From: a virus
Taxonomy: Duplodnaviria; Caudoviricetes
Strand: one strand, 5' to 3'
DNA: 62,595 nt
IMG/VR virus record: IMGVR_UViG_3300027823_000007
Location: 1-62,595 of that record
Shown: piece by piece, positions 41,648 through 50,665 of the stretch
Layout of the letters: every line of letters begins with the position of its first letter
Position numbering within the stretch: position 1 is the first letter of the stretch
Position numbers and translations under genes: made by a program
The notes under the pieces: model-generated
The model's input: the letters and a program-made list of their open reading frames with translations, nothing else
Told to the model about the DNA's origin: nothing
The model's database searches: none

Positions 41648-41935
41648 ATTTATTAAGATTTTAAAGTGGACTTATGGGAGTTTTGGCTAGCCGTTTCCCA
41701 CAAATCCACAGTTCGCGATCGGGGCATTCGGAATTAGCAGCAAACGCCCGCCTAACTAAATGTAGCAGAATAAATAGGTATTAGCAAGCTAATTCCCATT
41801 CTAAATAACAGTGTTTAAAGGTGTGCTAATTAACCTTTAGCGAGCCTTTTAAATTGTAGCTAAAAATGTGCTAATTCTTGCTATCATAGTTTTTTTCGCT
41901 ATAATCGAAGTAACGATCTATCGGAAAATAAAACA

Positions 41936-42160
41936 ATGCCTAAGCAATACGTCAACAATTATCGACCAACTACTCGAAAAGGTGAACGGCATCCTAATGC
42001 TAAATTAACAGAACAAGACGTGCTGGAAATTAGGCAGTTATCAGCAGAGGGTGTAAGTAGAAAATCGTTGCAAGAGCGATTCGGGGTTTCTAAAAGTGCG
42101 ATCGGGAACATAATGACTGGCAGAACTTGGGGGAACGTCTTGAATAAAAAAATAGACTAA
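41936..42160 (+). CDS. Stand-alone HTH of the type found C-terminal to HNH homing endonucleases
   Basis: KGERHPNAKLTEQDVLEIR...FGVSKSAI..I..GRTW. Confidence 0.75.
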   Translation: MPKQYVNNYRPTTRKGERHPNAKLTEQDVLEIRQLSAEGVSRKSLQERFGVSKSAIGNIMTGRTWGNVLNKKID

Positions 42161-42219
42161 GATTGAGACAACCCGATCGCATATATACCTCTAAAAGTAT
42201 CACAATTGAAGGATCTAAA

Positions 42220-43008
42220 ATGACAATTACAGCTAAAGTCGCAACAATTCTCAAATTAAGAAACCTCTCATCAGAATTACTACAACCGCATGAGAAAATC
42301 AACATTCTCAAAGGGGAAGTTTTGCAGGTTTCAAATATTACCCCCGCTACTCATCAGCACCTTGCTTTAGATTTGATTCATAGCGAATTTAGCCGCGGGT
42401 TTGTTTATGCACCTCACTGGGATTACACACCGATAAATATCGTTCTGCCAGCACAATATTATTACCAAACTGATAACCCTAGCGGGTACGGCATTCGAGA
42501 GTGTAACGGCACGGCTAACGCGACAATGCTCAACTATGTACTTAATGGAAAACTGGACAATACAGCGGCAAAAAATAAGATAGCTCAGCCCGAATCTATC
42601 TATTTAGACGTGCTTAAACGGTACGGCGACACTACGGATCACAATGCCAACACAGAGGCTTTAAAACAGTTTGGGATCGATAGCTATTGGTCAACATCAT
42701 TAACCTTTGACGATTACTATCTATCGATCCGCAATGCTATCCCGCTGGTGATGGGACTAGATTACAAAGACTACGGCCATATCGTTTGTGGTGTCGGTTT
42801 TGAATTGCGAGATAAGATTATCGTACATGACCCGTTTGGGGCCCGTGAAGGTACAACCGATTACTGGCTATCGAATCTGTCAGAAGCAGGCAAATTTGAC
42901 GTTTACTCGATCGCATCAATGACCAAACTTTGGCTGGTCGGAGGTTCTGGCGGCTGGGGCCGTGTGGTCACCCGTATTGAAGGTCGCCCGACTGTGTTTG
43001 CGCGTTAA
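42220..43008 (+). CDS. C39-like cysteine peptidase, candidate endolysin
   Basis: QTDN...REC, GHIVCGVG, IVHDPFG (Cys/His/Asp triad). Confidence 0.75.
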   Translation: MTITAKVATILKLRNLSSELLQPHEKINILKGEVLQVSNITPATHQHLALDLIHSEFSRGFVYAPHWDYTPINIVLPAQYYYQTDNPSGYGIRECNGTANATMLNYVLNGKLDNTAAKNKIAQPESIYLDVLKRYGDTTDHNANTEALKQFGIDSYWSTSLTFDDYYLSIRNAIPLVMGLDYKDYGHIVCGVGFELRDKIIVHDPFGAREGTTDYWLSNLSEAGKFDVYSIASMTKLWLVGGSGGWGRVVTRIEGRPTVFAR

Positions 43009-43259
43009 TCCCAACACTGGGAATTTAAAAAAGTTCTTAACGATCCGGATCTCTTTCGGATACTATGCTATAGTGCAGTAGCAAGTTAGGAAAATATCAT
43101 GACTAAACGGAAAGCTTTGACGGCTAGTGAAAGTGGTTTAAGTATTGAAGAGTATAGGATCGGTGCGATCGACGCGCTGCAACGCAAAATTAGGCTTAAT
43201 CGGCGTTACAAAAAAACAGGTAAGTGCAAAAAATCATTTCAAACAACTTGAAAACCAAA

Positions 43260-43544
43260 ATGCAAAGTTTAACAGAAGAAGAAAAATTGGCAGCGGCGGC
43301 GGTCTTGAAAGTCATCAAATCCGACTCAATAAATCTGGACATATTGAAATATTTGATAGCGGGTCATCCTGTCGGAAGCGTGCACTTTTGTAGACAGGTC
43401 GGCATTCATACGGCGACAATGTCGGCACGGGTGCGGGCGATCGAAAGTGCAGCCAAACGGGGCGATCGAGAATCAATACAAGACCGATTGATACAAATTT
43501 TGGGAGTTAAAACAGTTTCACGCGGAGGACACGAAAAAACCTAA
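43260..43544 (+). CDS. Small HTH protein
   Basis: FCRQVGIHTATMSARV. Confidence 0.55.
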   Translation: MQSLTEEEKLAAAAVLKVIKSDSINLDILKYLIAGHPVGSVHFCRQVGIHTATMSARVRAIESAAKRGDRESIQDRLIQILGVKTVSRGGHEKT

Positions 43545-43570
43545 TCATCCCAACAATGGGAATTAATGCC

Positions 43571-43630
43571 CGATCGGGCGATCGGGCGATCGGGCGATCG
43601 GGCGATCGGGCGATCGGGCGATCGGGCGAT
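43571..43630 (+). repeat. Tandem HIP1-like octamer CGATCGGG x7.5
   Basis: Directly visible between converging genes. Confidence 0.95.
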
Positions 43631-43631
43631 T

Positions 43632-44381
43632 TTATTGGTTGAACTCAAAATTAGTCAACAACAAAATCGAATAAATTTCTGTAGGTATAGGTGCAAAGCT
43701 TTCTTGCGCTTGTTCAAAGTCCGCATAAGTCCAAAATTTTAATGTAGTAACTTTCAAGTCATCACACATCAGAGGTACTTTGTGGAAATCTTCAAGACGT
43801 GGGGTTAAATCGGCTGTTAAGGCACTATTTGAAGTGTATTTAACAGGTTGCAATTCTATCTCAATCCATAGCGCTATAGAGGCTGCAAGCATCAAATCCG
43901 AGAGCCTACATTGTTCTACTTTAATCTTTGTCTCTTGGTAGCTAGTTCCTAAGCATAAATTAATAAGTTCGTGAGCACAGACTACATAAGGCATCTCAGA
44001 TAGTGCACGAAATAATGCTTTAATGGATTCATTCTTCTGTGATATCAGTAAGTCTCGATCGCCCGCAGTAAATGGGATGCCATTATGTCCGGCCCAGACG
44101 GGAAATGTTAAGCAGCGGTTGCCGATCAAAACTGCCATCGAGCTCAAAGCAGAAACCTGGTAATACTCAGCTAGCGCCGTTATTTTAGCGATTGCCTTGT
44201 AGATTCTCGAATAAGATCGCATACCGCGCATAAACTCATCATTGGCCATGTTCGAGACATCTTTAGCACGTCTGTCAAGTGCGGCGCGTCTAGTGTCAAT
44301 CCTAATTAAACTTTTAATTAGCTTTGTACACTTGTCATGGTCAAAAATGGTTGACCCGATCGTTTCTTTGTATTTGCTCAT
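43632..44381 (-). CDS. Hypothetical protein
   Basis: 249-aa ORF. Confidence 0.6.
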   Translation of the reverse strand: MSKYKETIGSTIFDHDKCTKLIKSLIRIDTRRAALDRRAKDVSNMANDEFMRGMRSYSRIYKAIAKITALAEYYQVSALSSMAVLIGNRCLTFPVWAGHNGIPFTAGDRDLLISQKNESIKALFRALSEMPYVVCAHELINLCLGTSYQETKIKVEQCRLSDLMLAASIALWIEIELQPVKYTSNSALTADLTPRLEDFHKVPLMCDDLKVTTLKFWTYADFEQAQESFAPIPTEIYSILLLTNFEFNQ

Positions 44382-44617
44382 AAGGCCCTCAGCTATCGGT
44401 GTCTTTATACTATATCATACATTGACCGATAAAAACGCAAGTGTCCGCCCGATCGGGCGACCTGTTTTGATATTGGGATAAAAGGTATACAGCGTATAGG
44501 TTCAAGTTTGTCACAGAATGCTATATATTATAAAAATAGCAGTATGTCCTATGACTTTATTCCCATTGTCTGACGGGAGATCGGCTGCAAAGATTAATCC
44601 CAGTGTTGGGAGCGGGT

Positions 44618-44987
44618 GATCGCCCGATCGCCTAAAACAAAACCCGAATATTATCCGGGTTTTGTTTTGTTTTTATAACTGATTAAAACACTTACAAATA
44701 AAGCACCCTCAAAACGGCTAGAACGCTTTGTAGGTAAGTCTTTGACACTCACAACTAATTACTCAGGCAGTGTCAAGCAAAGACCTCTCAGAATGCCTGC
44801 AACCATTACGGGGCAAGGCTTTGCAGTGTCAAGCAACCTACTATTAGACCCGACCAATGGCAAGGCTTCAAAACGGCTAGAACGCTTTCTAGGTAAGGCT
44901 TTGAACCTGACCAATAAAACCGTAGGGCGATCGCCCGATCGCCTAAAACAAAACCCGAATATTATCCGGGTTTTGTTTTGTTTTTAT
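44618..44987 (+). repeat. Two identical 59-bp hairpin/terminator repeats (44618-44676, 44929-44987) enclosing three repeat-core-repeat units
   Basis: GATCGCCCGATCGCCTAAAACAAAACCCGAATATTATCCGGGTTTTGTTTTGTTTTTAT occurs twice. Confidence 0.9.
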
Positions 44988-45023
44988 GTTATAATGTTAG
45001 CAACCACACTCGCATTCAACATT

Positions 45024-45557
45024 ATGACAATTATACCAGAGTTTATCAGAACTGAGCAAAACGGGATCGAATATTTTAAGATCGTCGCGACCGGGGAATG
45101 TGGCATGAGCCAATCGGGTTTAGCGCGCGCTTGTGGCGTAAGTCGTCAATCAATTATCAAGTTAGTTGACGATTTGAACCCTGTAACTAAGTCACCCTCA
45201 GAATCGCTGGAACCATTGCAGGATAAGGGTTTGAACCCTGTAACCAAGTCACCCTCAGAATCGTTAAAAGACCTGTCATGGAAAGCCCCGTCAGAATGGC
45301 TGGAACCATTTATAGGTAAGGACTTGCACCTGTCAGGGAATTTTAAAAAAGGTGGTGATGCTGTAGTCTATCGAGCCGACTTTTGCTCAGCAGTAATAGG
45401 GCATTATGCAGGCAAGGGACACGCTAAGGCTTTAAAAGTTTTGATGGCGACAACCGCGATCGGATTAACCAGCTACATTCAAGGTGTTACTGGCTGGCTA
45501 CCGATCGCGCTTCAGTCCAGCCTAGAATCGCGAACAAAGCTCGATCGTATCTTATGA
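45024..45557 (+). CDS. Antirepressor-like HTH protein with internal 57-bp-period repeats
   Basis: GECGMSQSGLARACGVSRQSI; NPVTKSPSESL occurs twice. Confidence 0.7.
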   Translation: MTIIPEFIRTEQNGIEYFKIVATGECGMSQSGLARACGVSRQSIIKLVDDLNPVTKSPSESLEPLQDKGLNPVTKSPSESLKDLSWKAPSEWLEPFIGKDLHLSGNFKKGGDAVVYRADFCSAVIGHYAGKGHAKALKVLMATTAIGLTSYIQGVTGWLPIALQSSLESRTKLDRIL

Positions 45558-45663
45558 ATGAAAATTTAATAACTTAAGAGAAACAAAACCCGGCAACTTT
45601 TACCGGGTTTTTTACTGATGTTATGGTATAGTAGAAGTGTAACCGTCTAAATCCATAAAACCT

Positions 45664-46008
45664 ATGTCTAGTATACCAGAGTTTATCAGAACTGAGCAAA
45701 ACGGGATCGAATATTTTACGATCGTCGCGACCGGGGAATGTGCGGTCTCACTCCGGGGCTTAGCGAAACTCTCAGGAGTGCCACGCTCAACACTTAGCCG
45801 ATGGTTTGGGGACTTGTCCCATGAGAGCATACCTAAATGGCTGGAACCTTTGCGGACTATGCCTTTGGACTTGTCCCACGAGATCGAAAATAACGGGAAA
45901 GATATCAAGCCCATCCCAGCTAAAACGGCCTTTAAATTTGTTTTTTTGGTTGCTCAGAACCTCAAGAAAATTCAAGCTTTCAATACGATCGAGTTAATTG
46001 CAGAATGA
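45664..46008 (+). CDS. Paralog of 45024-45557, C-terminally cut off at tnpB
   Basis: Shared IPEFIRTEQNGIEYF.IVATGEC; lacks the IG..YIQ..TGW end; stop overlaps the tnpB ATG (ATGA). Confidence 0.7.
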   Translation: MSSIPEFIRTEQNGIEYFTIVATGECAVSLRGLAKLSGVPRSTLSRWFGDLSHESIPKWLEPLRTMPLDLSHEIENNGKDIKPIPAKTAFKFVFLVAQNLKKIQAFNTIELIAE

Positions 46009-47192
46009 AAGGGCGGTATCAATTCCGATTCTATCCGACAATCGAACAAAAAATAAGCTTGGCTCAATTGTTTGGGTGTGTCCGGGTAGTCTGGAATGAC
46101 GCGCTAAGACTATGCAAACAATCTGAAAAAAAGCCTAGCTCATGCGATTTGCAAAAAATAGCTATAACTCAGGCAAAAAAGACAGTAGAGAGAGCCTGGT
46201 TAAGCGAAGTGTCAGCCGTAGCATTACAGCAGTCTGTTGCAGACTTAGAGACCGCATTTACAAACTTTTTCAATTCTTGCAATGGGAAAAGAAATGGCAA
46301 AAAAGCTGGCTATCCTAAGTTTAAGAAAAAAGCCAACAGTCAGTCAGCAAGATTAGCCCGTAACGCTTTTATAATGCGAGGCAATGAAGTTTATCTCGCA
46401 AAAATAGGGGATGTTTTCCCGGTTTGGTCAAGAAAACTACCATCAAAACCTAGCTCTGTAACGATAATTAAAGACTGTGCAAATAGGTATTTTTTGAGCT
46501 TTGTTGTAGAAGTCTCCCCTATTCATATTGAGCCAAAAAATCAAAGTGTTGGTGTTGACTTAGGTATCAAAACCTTCGCTGTAATGAGTGATGGCACAAC
46601 CGCCAAAAGTCCAAACTACAAAGTGTTAGACCGTAAAATTCGCAGGTTGCAGCGCAAGTTATCCCGTCAAGTCCAAACCTCAAAACGTAGGGACAAAACC
46701 AGGCTAAAAATAGCTAAACTGCATAATCAGATTGCTGATACTAGAAAAGATTTCCTGCACAAACTTTCTACTAAATTGGTGAGTGAGAATCAAACCATCA
46801 TTTTAGAAGATTTAAACGTAGCAGGAATGGTAAAGAATAGGAAACTATCAAGGGCCATTAGTCAGCAAGGTTGGGGAGAATTCAGGACACTTTGTGAGGG
46901 TAAATCGGAGAAGTACGGCAGAGGTTTTAAAATAATAAATCGCTGGGAGCCGACCTCTCAAACTTGCTCGGACTGCGGTTTTCGGTGGGGAAAGATAAGC
47001 CTTTCTGTTCGATCGATTCAATGCTTAAACTGTGGGAGTCAGCACGATCGCGACCTAAACGCAGCAAAAAATATACAACAAGTCGGGATGGGGCATCGCC
47101 ACGACTCTAAACGAGCACAGAGCTTGAAGAAGACTACCTCGGTAGCATCGAGCGATGAAGTGCTAAGCCTAAACTGGTCTATTTTCGATTAG
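46005..47192 (+). CDS. tnpB: TnpB, copy 2
   Basis: Highly similar to copy 1; RuvC D/E/D and Zn finger intact. Confidence 0.95.
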   Translation: MKGRYQFRFYPTIEQKISLAQLFGCVRVVWNDALRLCKQSEKKPSSCDLQKIAITQAKKTVERAWLSEVSAVALQQSVADLETAFTNFFNSCNGKRNGKKAGYPKFKKKANSQSARLARNAFIMRGNEVYLAKIGDVFPVWSRKLPSKPSSVTIIKDCANRYFLSFVVEVSPIHIEPKNQSVGVDLGIKTFAVMSDGTTAKSPNYKVLDRKIRRLQRKLSRQVQTSKRRDKTRLKIAKLHNQIADTRKDFLHKLSTKLVSENQTIILEDLNVAGMVKNRKLSRAISQQGWGEFRTLCEGKSEKYGRGFKIINRWEPTSQTCSDCGFRWGKISLSVRSIQCLNCGSQHDRDLNAAKNIQQVGMGHRHDSKRAQSLKKTTSVASSDEVLSLNWSIFD

Positions 47193-47237
47193 TCCGGGTT
47201 TAGAATCCTCATGCCTTTAGGCTGGGGAGTATGTCAA
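47078..47237 (+). ncRNA. Putative omegaRNA scaffold / IS right end, copy 2 (5' boundary approximate)
   Basis: AGAATCCTCATGCCTTTAGGCTGGGGAGTATGTCAA. Confidence 0.65.
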
Positions 47238-47641
47238 ATGAGGTTGACATAAGAAAGAGCGATCGCCAGTTGTCGATCGCCCGCAGACTATTACCGTACC
47301 AAAGTATTGATATTAGCATCTTTTGGGTTGTTTCTTTCTGGTTTGTCTGCTATACTATAAAAAATGGAATGAGGGATTTTATGTGTAAAAAACAGATCGA
47401 TCTGATTGCTGTGTTTGACGAGCTCATTGCAGGGTTTGAGTCAGCCGAAAAGAGTCTCAACGATAGTCTGGCTGCGATCGAGAATAAAGACTCAACTACG
47501 GAAATTGCCTCACAGACTTTTGCTGTCAAATTGCGGGTAAGACTTAAAAATGCTAATATTAATTAACTTGGTAACAAGCCAACAGTCGCCAGCAAACTAC
47601 CCAAAATCAGACACCGCGATCCCTCGCGGTTTTTTGTTCCT

Positions 47642-48628
47642 ATGTATTCCTCTGGAAGTCCAAACCGCAACGCGGTTGTCCCGGCTATTACTAACGCATC
47701 AGCTAATAGCGCGGCAAACCTTAACGCGCAAGTGCAGGCTATCGTAGATCGGCTGCAATATAATTACAATTTGAGCCTGCAAATTGCAGAACAGCAAAGC
47801 TTATTTATTCAACAATACCAGGCTACTGGGGCAAGTACGATCGCGCCGTTACTGGTACAAATACAGGCAGAGATTGACGGGTTAACCGCCCAAAATATAG
47901 CACTAAATTCTAGGCTTAGCACGATCGTGCAGAACCTCAACACGGCTGAAAGTTCTGTCAACACTTTGACCACCAATGCCAACACGATCGAAGGCAAGGG
48001 AAATATCCGCAGAATCGATATAAACTACCAAAGGAGCGATCCGGATTTAGCTGCTATTGCAGCTTTAAGCCCTACTGCCGACCGAGTGCTACGGACTAAC
48101 GCTTCAAACGTTTTAGGGCTTGTTACACCCCCGAATTTTGGCGCGCTGCCTCCTTCTATTTATCAAAGCACGTGGACTGTCGCATCCGGTGCTAACTCAG
48201 GTTTCACGGCGGGGCAAGCTAACACTTGGATCGCTTTACCCATGTCGTTAATATCCGCAGGATCCGGCTATTCTCATAGCGGATCACGGGTAATCATCAC
48301 GGCTGGTACTTATGATGTATTTGCTCAGGTTTCCGGTGTTGGTTGTGTCGAGTTTATGTGTCGGCTAGTGCAATTTGTGGGAGCGACTGCGACACTAATA
48401 GGGAATGGTAACACTGCACACACAGTATTGTCTGGCGGCTCTCTTGGTTCATCTGTTACCATTAAAAGCTACCTTAAAAATACTTATGCTCTACCAGCGT
48501 GTGAGATTGAATTGCAATATAAATTTAAAACGCCACACAGTACCGCGGCGTTAAGTGGTGGAATGCCTGTTAACACTCCCACAATGCCTGAAGATTTTGC
48601 AAAATTGCGATTTATCCGTTTAGCTTAA
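47642..48628 (+). CDS. Putative fibre/receptor-binding protein, paralog 3
   Basis: Coiled coil, SDPDLAAIAALSP linker, beta C-domain VIITAGTYDVFAQ. Confidence 0.6.
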   Translation: MYSSGSPNRNAVVPAITNASANSAANLNAQVQAIVDRLQYNYNLSLQIAEQQSLFIQQYQATGASTIAPLLVQIQAEIDGLTAQNIALNSRLSTIVQNLNTAESSVNTLTTNANTIEGKGNIRRIDINYQRSDPDLAAIAALSPTADRVLRTNASNVLGLVTPPNFGALPPSIYQSTWTVASGANSGFTAGQANTWIALPMSLISAGSGYSHSGSRVIITAGTYDVFAQVSGVGCVEFMCRLVQFVGATATLIGNGNTAHTVLSGGSLGSSVTIKSYLKNTYALPACEIELQYKFKTPHSTAALSGGMPVNTPTMPEDFAKLRFIRLA

Positions 48629-48698
48629 TTTCCCGATCGCCCGCCCAAAAGAAACCCGCTAGAGTCTAGCGGGTTTTACTGTTTTGCTTAGCCATGAT

Positions 48699-48938
48699 TT
48701 AACCCTTAGATTGTGGTACTAAAGTAGGTAAAGGAATTTGCCGATCTCTCAGATATTTGTATCGGGGCACTACAATCAAACGCTCGATCGTGTCAACAGT
48801 CACTATACGGTAAGCCAACAAACTGCCACCAAGCATGGCCCAAGTGAGAATGAATAGACAGACTTTCTGTCTGGTATTTACTACCTCATAGAAACCCTTT
48901 AAAGTTGTCAGGAAAATCTCGCTATTCTCTCTTAACAT
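48699..48938 (-). CDS. Small membrane protein
   Basis: One hydrophobic segment; GGAG RBS. Confidence 0.45.
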   Translation of the reverse strand: MLRENSEIFLTTLKGFYEVVNTRQKVCLFILTWAMLGGSLLAYRIVTVDTIERLIVVPRYKYLRDRQIPLPTLVPQSKG

Positions 48939-49180
48939 ATTAACTCTCCGTATATTTACGTAGCCGACTTTGGTATAAAGTGCATCCTACACATTCTATT
49001 CTACTTCTTTAGATAGAGAGATTCGGAGTCTAAGTATGAAGAGTTCGTAAACTTTTCTTTATACAAATTTTGCAACCGCTATCTACGATTAAACTAGGAA
49101 TCCGGGAAATTTCCCAACAATGGGAAAGTTACTAAAAAACGATCGCGCGGGCGATCGTCTTAGGATACTAGAAAGCTGGC

Positions 49181-49681
49181 TTAAAAGTATACGGGATCTT
49201 CTTCTTCATCTATGTCTATGTCGCTATAAATTTCAGCGTCATCGCCGTCTGCCTTCGCTTCTGCCTCAGATTCTTCCTCGGATTCTTCCTCGGATTCTTC
49301 CTCGGATTCTGCCTCAGATTCTGCCTCAGATTCTTCCTCAGATTCTTCCTCAGATTCTTCCTCAGATTCTTCCTTGGATTCTTCCTTGGGTTCTGGAGTA
49401 ACAACAGGAATTGTTTGTGGGTTAATCGCCTCAGTATTCTTGTCTAAAGGCAAGTCGCTAGTTTCTCCTGGTATTGGGTTAAAAGCAGTGTAGCCGTCAA
49501 CCTTCTTAAAAAAGGCTTGACCTTGCATACCGGCCGCCCGCAAAGTCTCAGCCTCAGTTTCCCCGCCGTACAAATCGGTTAACTCTTCTAGTGTGTAAGT
49601 GCCAGATATTACAGCTTTACTAGATTGTCGAGTCAGTAGTGTCGGGTGATGGTTATTGTAATCAGACAATACGATCGGCAT
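49181..49681 (-). CDS. Protein with acidic EESE-repeat tail
   Basis: 12-bp tandem repeat at ~49255-49390 encodes (EESE/AESE)n. Confidence 0.65.
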   Translation of the reverse strand: MPIVLSDYNNHHPTLLTRQSSKAVISGTYTLEELTDLYGGETEAETLRAAGMQGQAFFKKVDGYTAFNPIPGETSDLPLDKNTEAINPQTIPVVTPEPKEESKEESEEESEEESEEESEAESEAESEEESEEESEEESEAEAKADGDDAEIYSDIDIDEEEDPVYF

Positions 49682-49816
49682 ATTTGTGATCCCTCTGTGT
49701 TCTACTTGTTCTATCCTATATCATACTATACCAGACTGTCAAGCCCTAACCGGATAATTTAGGAAATTATTTTTTAGCGGGCGATCGGGCGATCGCCCCG
49801 CTCCCATTACTGGGAA

Positions 49817-50512
49817 TTACTTATCAAATCCGGGTATCCGTTTTTGGTCGTTACCTCCAAACTTGTCCGCATAGCCTAGCCGGAAGTCCTCACGGCATCG
49901 CGCGCCGTACACCATGCCAACTAGCACCCCAATATAGGGAGTTAAGCGCGTCTTTGCTTCCGGTGTTAGGTATTGGTGGATCCGCTGGGCTCTTACACCC
50001 GCGATCGGAGGATTAAGTCGATTGACCTTAGCCGCCTCTTCCGGCGTTAATACCTTATACACAAATTGCCAGTAAAATTGCGCGCCGTACCAGCCAAACA
50101 CCCGATCGCAAAAATCCTTGTCAAAAAACGCTACCCACGGATTAGCACAGTCCTCGATCCAACAAGGGCGATCGGGCGGCGCGATCGAGACAGTCCCGGT
50201 CGTCATCAGGGTACGAATTTGCTGCGATACCCAAACCCGGAATTTGACATTGCACCACGCCGCAAAGTCGATCGCCACTTCCTCAATTGCCCACGTCCCC
50301 GTAGTTTCTACCGCCCCGCCTACATTAGATACCATTACGCAAATTTGCGTAATGCTCTCCATCTCAGTCAGAAAGTCTTTTGTCTCTTTGTTGCGAGTGT
50401 AACCATAAACCTCTTTGTTTGTTGCCGCCGCCATATCGGTTAGGCTAACCCACATCCGATCGCCCCGCTTCTCAAACCGGATCCTCTTACCACCAAAATC
50501 TAAATCTGTCAT
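49817..50512 (-). CDS. KilA-N domain antirepressor-like protein
   Basis: WVSLTDMAAA..K, GTWAIEEVAIDFAAWC; P63C-like C-terminus (RIHQYLT). Confidence 0.85.
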   Translation of the reverse strand: MTDLDFGGKRIRFEKRGDRMWVSLTDMAAATNKEVYGYTRNKETKDFLTEMESITQICVMVSNVGGAVETTGTWAIEEVAIDFAAWCNVKFRVWVSQQIRTLMTTGTVSIAPPDRPCWIEDCANPWVAFFDKDFCDRVFGWYGAQFYWQFVYKVLTPEEAAKVNRLNPPIAGVRAQRIHQYLTPEAKTRLTPYIGVLVGMVYGARCREDFRLGYADKFGGNDQKRIPGFDK

Positions 50513-50665
50513 GATGTCACTTGCTAAGCTGTCTCTATATTATATCATAACACGGCGACAAAACCGGACGGTTTAAAAGAATCTTTGAGCCCGATCGCCC
50601 GCCACAAAAAACCGCCGCTCCCGAGTAGCGACGGTTAATCCCAGTGTTGGGAAATAGGGGATTAA

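Larger units (their letters stand above)
12491..44576 (+). repeat. Dispersed ~105-bp repeat family, 7 copies
   Basis: ~12491, 17956, 18341, 23452, 34005, 34242 and 44459; AAAATCGTTACTGTGTATAGG...GTCACAGAA..TATATATTATAAAAATA..TGTGAC. Confidence 0.9.

Noticed and set aside
44688-44915. CRISPR-like array or 5' extension of the ORF to 44742
   Set aside because: The core is not identical between units and the variable parts come in pairs; a terminator and TGTTATAAT promoter lie before ATG 45024, so the extension is unlikely to be coding.
9553-48628. Diversity-generating retroelement or invertase shufflon for the fibre paralogs
   Set aside because: No reverse transcriptase, TR/VR pair or recombinase seen, and the paralogs share no obvious nucleotide identity.
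49120-49404. Alternative-frame ORFs over the 12-bp repeat (PQIL, RKNL)
   Set aside because: Shadows of the acidic gene 49181-49681.
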